NCBI GenBank assembly: GCA_963832165.1 | Contig: CAWHTE010000007.1 | Span: forward strand, 224,001 to 288,000 | Direction: 5' to 3' | From: an uncultured delta proteobacterium | Lineage (GTDB): Bacteria > Myxococcota_A > UBA9160 > SMWR01 | DNA length: 64,000 bases | In this document: in pieces, positions 32,001 through 41,514 of the stretch | How the letters are laid out: each line of letters opens with the position of its first letter | How positions within the stretch are numbered: the stretch's first letter is position 1 | Program-made: the position numbers and the translations under genes | The notes under the pieces: model-generated | Databases searched by the model: none | What the model was told of the DNA's origin: nothing | The model's input: only the letters and a program-made list of their open reading frames with translations

Positions 32001-35000
32001 TGGAGCCCGTGATGGCGTCCACGCCGACGAACGAGCCGTTGATGAACGCGGTCGCGTTCGGCGTGACACCGAAGTTGCCGAATGTTCCGCCGCCGAATGT
32101 GATACCCGAGATATCGATCTCGTCGATCCCATCGGCCGGCGCGGGAGACAACGGATTGCCGCAGGCTCGGGTCGATGTAGAGCCGCGATCCAAAGCGGCC
32201 GAGCTGCCCGGCGTCTCCGATCGTCGTGCCGCTGAAGGAGAGACCTTCGATATCGGTGTAGCCCTGGATCGAAGACGAGGGCATTCTCGTAGATCGCCGG
32301 TCACGTGACGCCGTCGAAGCTACACGACGCAGCGCATCGGTGCTCGACGCCACGGGCATTCCGCCGCTGAGATAGCCGGCGATTCTGGATGCCGTGGTCG
32401 GCGCTGAACGCGGGCACTGCCGATGTCGTCCCGGTCACCGTCACACCGGTGAATGCCGCGGCGTTCGCCGGTGTACTCGAACAGCAGGATGTCGCCCGCA
32501 CCACCCGATCCCAGCTGGTTGTCGCCATTGCCGCTCGAGTTGGCGAGGTTCGAGATCTCGACGTTGAGCGCGTTACCGCCGCCGTTGATGAAGATGGCGT
32601 TCAGGTCGTAACCGGAGGCCACGACGTTGTCGATCGCGATCGTGCCGAGCTGCGTCGCGGAATTGCTGAACGGTGCCGTTGAACCGGATGCCGCGATCCG
32701 TGGCGGCCACGAGCGACGAGTCGAGCGTGAGGTTCGAGATCTCCACGCGATCGCTCGCGCCAGGCACGGTCGCACCGTCGATCGTGAACCCCGCGACGCT
32801 CACGTCGCTGGCATCGCCCGATGCACCTGTGATGGTCACCGCCACGTCGACGAGGACGTTCTCGTTGTACGTGCCGTCCAAGACCAGGATCGTGTCGCCA
32901 TCGCTCGCCGCATTCACCGCCGCCTGGATCGTCGTGAACGAGCCGAACGTGCCGGCTGGTCGACGATGAGAACGGTCGTGTCCGCAAACTCGAGCGACTC
33001 GACGCCGGTCAGCGTGTCGGTGCCGTCGTCGATCGGGTAGCGGCTGCGTTGTCGGCCACGGAGATCCGCGGCGGACCCGTAAGGAAGCTGACCGTGTAGT
33101 CGGCGAAGTCGCCCGAAACGGGCAAGTCGCTGTTAACGCCGTGTCGAGGCTATCGTCGCCCGTGTCGCCCGTGAGCGAATCGTTCGTCGTGCCGCCGGTC
33201 ACCGTGTCGACGCCCGCGCCGCCCGTCAGGGTATCGTTGCCCGATCCGCCATCGATGTGTCGTTCTCGGCTGCCACCTTCGAGCGTGTCGTTGCCACCGT
33301 TACCGTTGATCACCTGCTCCACGCCGGTGACGCCGGAGCCGTCGTACACGTCGTCGCCCGCGCCGCCCGTGAAGGTCACCGTGCTCGGGGTCACGCCCGC
33401 CAGCGACAAGTCGCCCGTCAGCGTCACGGTCGAGCCGTTCGGGTCCGCCGTGATGGCGATGTTCTCGACGCCGCTGACCGTGTCGACCCCGCTGCCGCTG
33501 CGCTCCACGTGAGCTCGAGCTGATTCAGGCCGTTGACGATCCCGGACAGATTCGAAGTCGTACCCACGCCATTGTTGAGCAGGACATTCAGCGTATCCGT
33601 GCCGAGCCCGCCCGTGATCGAGTCGCTGCCGTCACCCACGAACTCGACGAACGTGTCGTTCCCGCCGCCGCCGTTCAGCGTGTCGCTGCCGCCGTTGCCG
33701 ACGATGATCGCGTTCTCGTTGCCGCTCGTGATCACGTTGGCGCCGGCGTCGCCCTGCAGCGCCATCGGGTCCGGCGCGCCCGTCACGTCGATGCCCAGGG
33801 TCGAGAAGTCGATGTTCCCGCCGACCCCGTCGATGTTCACCGCGAGCTGGAAGCTCGTGCTGTCCGCCGTGATCACGACGTTCGACCCCGTGAGGCCGTT
33901 GATATTGTCGTAGTTGATGATCGCGATCGGCACCTTCTCGTAGCTGCCGCTGATCGTGATGTCCGTCAGCGACACGATGCCCAGCGCACCGGTGTCGGAG
34001 CGCATCTGGATCCCGTTCTCCGCGATCGCGACGTTCTGGCCGCCGTTGGAAAGCGTCAGATCCGAAAGGGTCGCGTTCCCGTTGTACTGGAACAGGATGA
34101 TGTCGCCATCGCCGCTCGACGACTGCACCGGATCGCCGGTGTTCTGACCGCCGTTGTCCGTGAACGTCGAATTGCTGATCGTCGATGTTGCCGAGGTTGG
34201 TCCCGTTGAGCACCTCGACGCCGTTGCGGTAGTTGCTCGTGAACGCGGAATCGTCGATCGCGAGCGTGCCCAGCGTCGCGCTGGACGTGAACTGGATGCC
34301 GCTCTGGGTCGCGTCCACGAAGGCGATCCCGCTGATCGAGAGCGTGTCGCCGGCGCCCAGGTCGCTGTCGATCAGGAAGCCGGACTGGTTGGCGCCCGGA
34401 GGCGTCACGATCGTGGCGCCGGGGCCGGAGCTGCCGGACCCGACGATCGTCAGATCCTTCGTGATCGTCACGCTCTCGTTGTACGTACCCGACGAGATCA
34501 GGATCGTGTCGCCGGCGTTCGCCGCATTCACCGCCGCCTGGATCGTCGTGAACGAGCCGAAGGTGCCGGTCTGGTCGACGATCAGAACCGTGGTGTCCGC
34601 GAACACGAGCGACTCTACGCTGGCCAGGGTATCGGTGCCGTCGTTGCCATCGATTCCCGGCTGGTCGTCGACCACCGTGATCTGCGGCGGACCCAGACTG
34701 AAGCCCACCGAGTAATCGGCGAAGTCGCCCGCAAACTGGGCGGTGTCGCTGTTGGCGCCGCCGTCGAGGCTGTCGTCGCCCGCGCCGCCCGTGAGCGAAT
34801 CGTTCCCCGTGCCGCCGGTCACCGTGTCGACGCCCGCGCCGCCCGACAGCGTGTCGTTGCCGATCCCGCCGTCGATCGTGTCGTTGCCGCCGCCGCCCGA
34901 GAGCGTGTCGTTGCCACCGTTGCCGTTGGCCACCTGGTTCACGCCGGTGACGCCGGAGCCGTCGTACACGTCGTCGCCCGCGCCACCCGTGAAGGTCACC

Positions 35001-37167
35001 GTGCTCGGGGAGACGCCCGCCAGCGACAAGTCGCCCGTCAGCGTCACGGTCGAGCCGTTCGGGTCCGCCGTGATGGCGATGTTCTCGACGCCGCTGACCG
35101 TGTCGACCCCGCTGCCCGCTGCGCTCCACGTGAGCTCGAGCTGATTCAGGCCGTTGACGATCCCGGACAGATTCGACGTCGTACCCACGCCATTGTTGAG
35201 CAGGACATTCAGCGTATCCGTGCCGAGCCCGCCCGTGATCGAGTCGCTCCCGTCACCCACGAACTCGACGAACGTGTCGTTCCCGCCGCCGCCGTTCAGC
35301 GTGTCGCTGCCGCCGTTGCCGACGATGATCGCGTTCTCGTTGCCGCTCGTGATCACGTTGGCGCCGGCGTCGCCCTGCAGCGACACCGGGTCCGGTGCGC
35401 CGGACACGTCGAAGTCGAACGCTCCGAAGTTGATGTTCCCGCCGACGCCGTCGAAGACCACCGACTCGTTGAACCGCGTGCTATCGGCCGTGACGTCCAC
35501 GTCCGTAACCGTGAGGTTGTTGACGTCGTCGTAGTTGTTGAACGTAATCGCCCGCTTCTCGTAGAGCCCGCTGACCGTGATGTCCGTTGAGCGTCACGGT
35601 GCCCAGGGAACCCGTATCGGCGCGGAACTGGATCCCGTTCTCCGCGTACTTCGTGTTGGGAGGGATGATCCCGACGGTGCCGTCCTGAGATCCGTTGGTG
35701 AGCGTCAGGTTCGACAGCGACGCATTGCCGCCGTACCCGAAGAACAGGATGTCTCCGTCTCCGCTCGAGCTGTGCACGGGGTCGCCCACGAACTGACCGC
35801 CGTTGTCCGTGAAATTGGAGCCGGTGATCGTCGTGTTGGTGACGGCACTCACCGAGTTCGCCTGGATCTCGATGCCGTTTTGGTAGTTGCTCGTGAAGTC
35901 GCAGTTCGTGATCGTGAGCTGATCGATCCCCGCCGCGCCCGACACCTGGATGCCGCTGCGACCCGCGTCGTCGAACGTGATCCCGCTGATGCGTCAGCGT
36001 GCCCACCGCACCGAGATTCGTGGTCACGACGAAGCCGGACTGGTTGGCACCCGGAGGCGTCACGATCGTGCTGCCCGCGCCGTCGCCGACGATCGTCAGA
36101 TACTTGTCGATCGTTACGTTCTCGTCCCAGGTCCCCGACGCGATCATGATCGTGTCACCGGCGGTCGCTGCATTCACCGCGGCCTGGATCGTTGTGAAGC
36201 CGCCGCCGCCCACCAGCGAGGAAGTCCGGACCGCTGGCGTCCTGAACGCGTCTCGATCTCGGTCAGCGTCTCGGTGCCGTCGGTGCCCGAAGCCACCTGC
36301 CACGCGCTGCCCGTGTACGTGATGTTCGAGGAGAGGAGCTCGTCGCTGTACACCGCGATGTCGCCGAGGCCTGCGCCCTCCGTGACCGCCGTCGATCGTG
36401 TCGGTGCCGCCATTGCCGCGCAGCGTGTCGTTCCCGGTGCCGCCCGAAAGCGCGTTCGCGTTGATGTCGCCCGTCAGCGTGTCGGCGCCGGATCCACCGA
36501 TCGCATTCTCGACGCTCGCCACGGAATCCGTGCCGATCTCCGTGCCGGTGGCCGAGCCGCCTAGCGTCACGCTCACGCCCAGTGTCGTCGCCGACGCGTC
36601 GTAGGTATCGGTGTCATCTCCGCCCGTGATCGTGTCGTTTCCAGCGCCCGCGATGATCGTGTCGTCGCCCGTGCCGCCGCTCTCGATATCGTTGCCCAAC
36701 CCGCCGAGGAGCGTGTCGCTGTTTGCACCACCCGAGAGCGAATCGTTGCCCGCGCCGCCGGTGAGCGTGTCGTCACCGCCGTTGCCGTTGAGCGTGAGCG
36801 GTGTGGTCGAAGTGATTCCCGAGCCGTCGAACGAATCGTCCGATCCACCGCCGGTGAACGTGATCGCGTCGATTGCCGCGAGCGACAGGTTGCCGGACAG
36901 CGTGACGTCGGAGCCGTCCGCGTCGGCGTTGATGATGACGCTCGAGAAGTCCTGGATTTCGAGATCATCATCGCCGACGGTGTTGGCATCGGTGTCGAAG
37001 TTCAGATCGACGACGTCGCTGCCCGTGAGCGGACCCGTGCCAGCCGCGACCGCACCGGTGACGTTCGACTTGGTGCCCAGCGTCTCGTTGTCGAGATTGA
37101 CTGTTAGGCTGTCGTCGTTTCCGTCGAGGTGGTTGACGCCAGACGGCGGGTCGTACGTGATGGGCAT
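29021..37167 (-). CDS. Giant RTX protein B (~2,700 aa if repaired) with three beta-helix modules; many frameshifts
   Basis: Starts MPITYDPP after an AAGGA RBS. RTX nonapeptides throughout; [15 protein letters not shown]...GTY/W.E.V at ~36200, ~34550 and ~32930; C-terminal Ig-like plus secretion domain paralogous to RTX A. Confidence 0.8.
32880..35440 (-). repeat. Long internal direct repeat in RTX B (offset ~1.62 kb)
   Basis: 33150-33760 is almost identical to 34770-35380 ([21 protein letters not shown]...[19 protein letters not shown]). Confidence 0.9.
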
Positions 37168-37247
37168 CGTGTGGTCCTTCGCGGTTGAGCGCGGCCGAGG
37201 CTGCGCGGCGAAATGCCCCGGCAACTTACCACCGCGCAGCGGCGACA

Positions 37248-37265
37248 AGGGGAATTATTTCCCCT
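37248..37265. promoter_or_regulatory. Palindromic putative operator upstream of RTX B
   Basis: AGGGGAA-TTAT-TTCCCCT, a perfect 7-4-7 inverted repeat about 80 bp upstream of the ATG. Confidence 0.45.
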
Positions 37266-37537
37266 GTGCGCTGATTAGTCGCGATTTCTTCACCGACCGA
37301 TCGATCGTTCATCGAAAGCACGGGAGTGCTTAGTCGCGGTGAAACGACATTCGCTGCGCGAGCGATCGAAATAACAACAGGCCGGTGCCCTCGTGAGAGG
37401 ACGGTCGGGGACTACACAGGATCGGCGGTACCGATACCGACAGTGCTCGAAGTATCAGGCGAGCAAACCATCGGCTTGACGACCCGTCAGCAGCGACCGA
37501 AATAGCGGTTCAGCACCGCCCGCCGCCGTCGAGCTGA

Positions 37538-38875
37538 CTACTCCTCGTGCAGTGCGCGGAAGAAGCTGTCGGAGAGCGGTGCGATCGCGTAGCGGAAGAA
37601 GGTCCGCTCGCCCGTGACGATCAACACCTCGGCGGGCATGCCGGGCTGGAGCACGACGTCGCTGAACCGCGCGAGCTGATCGGGCGGGATCGAGACATGA
37701 GCCTCGTAGTACGAGACTCCCGTCTCCTTGTCGACGAGCGCGTCCGCCGAGACATGATCCACGCGTCCGACCAGGATCGGGACCACGCGCTGCCGGAACG
37801 CCGTCAGGCGCACGTTGGCCTCGAGGCCCACGCGCACCATCTCGATGTCGGTAGGGCGAATGCGAGCCTCCACGAGCAGGTCGCCACCCGTCGGGACGAT
37901 GTCGAGGATCGCGTCGCCGCGATTGATCACACCCCCGGGCGTGAAATAACGCAGCTTGACGACGGTTCCAGCAATCGGCGCGACGACGTCGCGCCGGGTC
38001 AGCACGTCCGTGGCCGCGCGCAGCGCCTCCTCGGTCTCCGAGAGGCGTTCGCGAACATCGTGCTGTTGAGAAACCACCTCATTGAGCAGATCGCTCTCGG
38101 TCTGGCTGATCTCGAGCCGGGCTTCGCCGATCTTCTGCCGGGCGCGCGCGGCCAGCGCCGCTGAGCTCTGGCGCATCCCCTCGAGCTCGGCGACCTGGCG
38201 GCGGAACTCGAGCAGCCGTGGCTTCGCCTCGAAGCCGCGCTCGACGAGCGTCTCGATGCTCGCCATCTGCTCCCGGACGCTGTCGAGCTGGCGTTCGGTC
38301 GATTCGACCCGAGCGGCGTAGCTCGCCGCCTCGGATTCGAGCTGCACGATCGTCTGCTCGAGGATCGACACGCGACCGAGATACGCCTCTCGGCGCTTGG
38401 CGAAGATGCGCTCCTGGCCGGTGATCAGCTCGTCGACACGAGGCTCGCTTCGCCGGTCCGTCAGCCCCGCTGGAAAGATCACCGCTTCGGCGGTCTCGCG
38501 CTCGGCGCTGAGCCGCGCGTACTCGGCGGAGAGTGCGTCGTGCCGTGCCTGGTACATCTCGCGCGATGCGCGCGACTGCGTCTCGTCGAGACGCAGCAGA
38601 ACGTCTCCCGCCTTCACAGAGTCGCCTTCACGCACCCGGATCTCGCGGATGATCCCCCCCTCGAGGTGCTGCACCGTCTTGCGCTGGTCGCGCACCGCGA
38701 CGTGGCCGGGTGCGACAGCGGCGCTCGAGAGCGGCGCAAGCAGGCTCCACAGCGCGAAGCCCCCGACGAAGAGAACGACGACGGCGGCACCCAGGTAGAG
38801 CTCGCGCTGGAATTGCGGGCCCTCGGCGAGCGCGCGAGCGCTGCGTGCCTCGAAGTCGGTCGCGCCCGTCGTCAT
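37538..38875 (-). CDS. HlyD family type I secretion membrane fusion protein (PrtE/AprE-like)
   Basis: KTVQHLEGGII, coiled coil, APIAGTVV, VSADAL, LQPGMPAEVLIVTGERT motifs. Confidence 0.95.
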   Translation of the reverse strand: MTTGATDFEARSARALAEGPQFQRELYLGAAVVVLFVGGFALWSLLAPLSSAAVAPGHVAVRDQRKTVQHLEGGIIREIRVREGDSVKAGDVLLRLDETQSRASREMYQARHDALSAEYARLSAERETAEAVIFPAGLTDRRSEPRVDELITGQERIFAKRREAYLGRVSILEQTIVQLESEAASYAARVESTERQLDSVREQMASIETLVERGFEAKPRLLEFRRQVAELEGMRQSSAALAARARQKIGEARLEISQTESDLLNEVVSQQHDVRERLSETEEALRAATDVLTRRDVVAPIAGTVVKLRYFTPGGVINRGDAILDIVPTGGDLLVEARIRPTDIEMVRVGLEANVRLTAFRQRVVPILVGRVDHVSADALVDKETGVSYYEAHVSIPPDQLARFSDVVLQPGMPAEVLIVTGERTFFRYAIAPLSDSFFRALHEE

Positions 38876-40590
38876 TCACTCGACTCCACCGCGCGCGGGA
38901 AGACGGGGCGGGGAGCGGGTACCGCGGCGGGTTCGACCCTGGCGAGGTTCGCGAGCACCTCGTCGCGCGGGCCGTATTGCTCGATGGCGCCGTCTTTCAA
39001 CACGAGGATTCGATCCATCGCCTGCACGACGCTCATCCGGTGCGCGATCACGATCACGGTGGCGCCGCGCCGCTTCAGATAGGCGAGCGCCTGGATCAGG
39101 GCGTGCTCTCCGTCGGAATCGAGATTGGCGTTCGGCTCGTCGAGCACCACGAGCCGCGGCTCCCGGAAGAGAGCGCGCGCGAGGGCAATGCGCTGGCGCT
39201 GGCCGCCCGACAATCGCCTTCCCGCCGTACCGATCTGCGTGTCGTAGCCCTCGGAAAGGCGCAGGATCATCTCGTGACATCCCGCGAGCTGAGCTGCCTT
39301 CACGACCTCTTCGTCGGTCGCTTCCACCAGTCGCGCGATGTTCTCCCGCACCGAGCCCCCGAAGAGCTCGACGTCCTGCGGCAGGTAGCCGACGTGATGG
39401 CCGAAGTCTTCGCGCGGCCACGTGAAGACATCGGCTCCGTCGAGCCGGACCACGCCCGATACCGGCTTCAGCACGCCGACCAGAATTCGCGCGAGCGTGG
39501 TCTTGCCCGAGCCCGAGGCCCCGATCAATGCCAGCGAACCACCGGCCGGTAGCGAGAAGCCGATCCCCTTCAGCAGCGCCTGCTCGGCCTTCGGGAACGC
39601 ATACACGACTCGCTCGATGTCCAGGCGCCCCTTGGGCGTGGGCAGGGCAGTGCCGCGCTCGCGCAGGCGGGCGCGCCCGAAGAACTCGACGAGGCGGTCG
39701 TACGCCTGGCGCGCGCCGACCAGCTGCCGCCAGGTGAGGATCGCCTGCTCCACGGGCGAGAGGGCGCGCGCGAGGATGATCGAGGCGCCGATCATTCCGC
39801 CCGGCGTCATCTCGTTATCGAGCACGAGGAAGGCGCCCAGCCCGAGCATTCCCATCTGCAGCGCGAGCCGCAGGAAGCGGCTCGTGGAGGCGATCACGCC
39901 GCCGCGATCGCTCGCCACCTGCTGGTCGGTGATCACCTCTTCGCCCTGACGATCCCAGCGCGAGACGATCGGCCCGAACATTCCCATCGCATCGATCACT
40001 TCCGCGTTGCGCAGCGCGTCCTCGGCGCTCCTCGCGTTGGTGATCTGGTTCCAGTTCGCTGCCTTGAGCCGCTCCCGCGTCGTGATCTCATTGAGCACCG
40101 CGAGACCGAGCAGCACGAGAGAACCGACGAGCGCCATCGAGCCGAGCGCCGGGTGGATCAGGAAGATCACCAGCAGATAGATGGGTGTCCACGGGGCGTC
40201 GAAGAAGCAGAGCAACGTGGGGCCGGAGAGAAAGTTTCGCAGCTGCGCGAGGTCTTGCAGCGACTCGGCGCGGTAGGTGTAGCCCTGCAGCTGAGCTTCC
40301 AGAGAACGCGCGAACGTCTCGGGGGCGAGGCTCCGCTCCACCCAGTTGCCGACGCGCACCAGCATGCGGGCGCGCACCCAGTCGAGCGCGGCGAAGGCAA
40401 GCAGAGCCGCAACCGCGATCAGGGTCAGGAACAGAAGCGTATCGGTATTGCGGCTCCCGAGTACGCGATCGTAGACCTGCATCATGTACAGCGGGATGGT
40501 CAGTGCGAGCACGTTCAGCGCGAGGCTGAACGCCGCGGGGTACAGGAGCGCCCGGCGGCAGCGGCGGCGCGCCTCGTCGAGGGTGCTCAG
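38872..40590 (-). CDS. Type I secretion permease/ATPase (PrtD/AprD-like)
   Basis: PLYMMQVYDRVL, FFDAPW, GASGSGKT, LSGGQRQR, LDEPNANLD. The frame extends to a CTG at 40590 overlapping the recombinase TGA (LSTLDEARRRCRRALLYPAAFSLALNVL). Confidence 0.93.
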   Translation of the reverse strand: MSTLDEARRRCRRALLYPAAFSLALNVLALTIPLYMMQVYDRVLGSRNTDTLLFLTLIAVAALLAFAALDWVRARMLVRVGNWVERSLAPETFARSLEAQLQGYTYRAESLQDLAQLRNFLSGPTLLCFFDAPWTPIYLLVIFLIHPALGSMALVGSLVLLGLAVLNEITTRERLKAANWNQITNARSAEDALRNAEVIDAMGMFGPIVSRWDRQGEEVITDQQVASDRGGVIASTSRFLRLALQMGMLGLGAFLVLDNEMTPGGMIGASIILARALSPVEQAILTWRQLVGARQAYDRLVEFFGRARLRERGTALPTPKGRLDIERVVYAFPKAEQALLKGIGFSLPAGGSLALIGASGSGKTTLARILVGVLKPVSGVVRLDGADVFTWPREDFGHHVGYLPQDVELFGGSVRENIARLVEATDEEVVKAAQLAGCHEMILRLSEGYDTQIGTAGRRLSGGQRQRIALARALFREPRLVVLDEPNANLDSDGEHALIQALAYLKRRGATVIVIAHRMSVVQAMDRILVLKDGAIEQYGPRDEVLANLARVEPAAVPAPRPVFPRAVESSE

Positions 40591-41198
40591 GGCAGCCAGC
40601 TGTTGCGCCCGCGCATGACCTCGAAGAGGTCGCGGGGCGCGACGCGCGCGATGTAGCGCTCAGTCGTCGCAGAGCTCCGATGGCCGAGCTGGGCCTGGAT
40701 CAGCCCGATCGGTACTCCTTCGCGCGCCAGCTCGGCCACCAGCGTGCGGCGCAGTACCTCGGCCGATATGCGTTTCCCGATCCTCGCCTTCGCGCCGAGC
40801 CGCGTGAACAGCGCGCGTACGTACGAGGGGCTGAGTCGGTCCCCTCGGAGCGTGCAGAACAGCGGAGCTGTCGGCTGGATCTGGAGGGATTTCCTTCTCC
40901 GGATCCACATGTCCAGGACCTGATAGGAGGATGCATCGAGCGCGACCACCCGGCTCGGTCGGCTGACGTGAATCGTCCTGTCGAGACCATCGACGTGCAT
41001 CTCGGCGAGGGAGATCGATTCCGATACGCGGAGCCCACAGCGATACATCACCGTGATCATCGCGCGATTGCGCAGCCCGGTGGACGCTTGGCTCGAGCAC
41101 ACCTCCAACAACCGCCGCACTTCGTCTGGCGTGAGCAGCGCACCACCGTCGGAGCGCGATTCCGGGTCCGCAGTCGTCGAGTGCCCGGTCGTCAACAT
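40587..41198 (-). CDS. Catalytic-domain-only tyrosine recombinase-like protein (~203 aa) with degenerate active site
   Basis: LTPDEVRRLL, RNRAM...GLRVSE, IQAQLGH...TTERY are retained. HxLR reads EVLR and the Lys hairpin (GKG) is missing (TIHVSRPSRVV). Confidence 0.88.
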   Translation of the reverse strand: MLTTGHSTTADPESRSDGGALLTPDEVRRLLEVCSSQASTGLRNRAMITVMYRCGLRVSESISLAEMHVDGLDRTIHVSRPSRVVALDASSYQVLDMWIRRRKSLQIQPTAPLFCTLRGDRLSPSYVRALFTRLGAKARIGKRISAEVLRRTLVAELAREGVPIGLIQAQLGHRSSATTERYIARVAPRDLFEVMRGRNSWLP

Positions 41199-41312
41199 GG
41201 GGGTGCCCCGCGCGTTTGATGCGAGCGTGGACGGGTAACGGATGCTAGTCGAATCCGCTGAACGCACCAACGTATCATGCCCTGTGAACTCTTCGAGGAT
41301 GGAATGAATCGG

Positions 41313-41423
41313 TCACCTACCAGTTATGACGACTCATGACTCGCCTACCAGTTAAGACTTCTCATTACTCGTTACCAGTGAAGGTTTTTGATTACTCACC
41401 TTCCGGTCGAGGCTTTTCATTGC
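41313..41423. repeat. Array of four tandem ~28 bp degenerate direct repeats
   Basis: TCACCTACCAGTTATGACGACTCATGAC / TCGCCTACCAGTTAAGACTTCTCATTAC / TCG-TTACCAGTGAAGGTTTTTGATTAC / TCACCTTCCGGTCGAGGCTTTTCATTGC. Confidence 0.85.
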
Positions 41424-41514
41424 TGCTTGAGCAGCCCGTCCCCCAAAGGGGGTATACACGCCGCCGAATTCATGGGAGTGTCGTCGAGCGGCCAGACCGC
41501 GAAGATTCGAAGAC

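Noticed and set aside
40587..41198. Active prophage/ICE integrase or xerC/xerD
   Set aside because: No N-terminal core-binding domain, two catalytic positions altered, and no phage or conjugation genes in the window.
41313..41423. CRISPR array
   Set aside because: The units are contiguous and degenerate with no unique spacers, and no cas genes are in the window.
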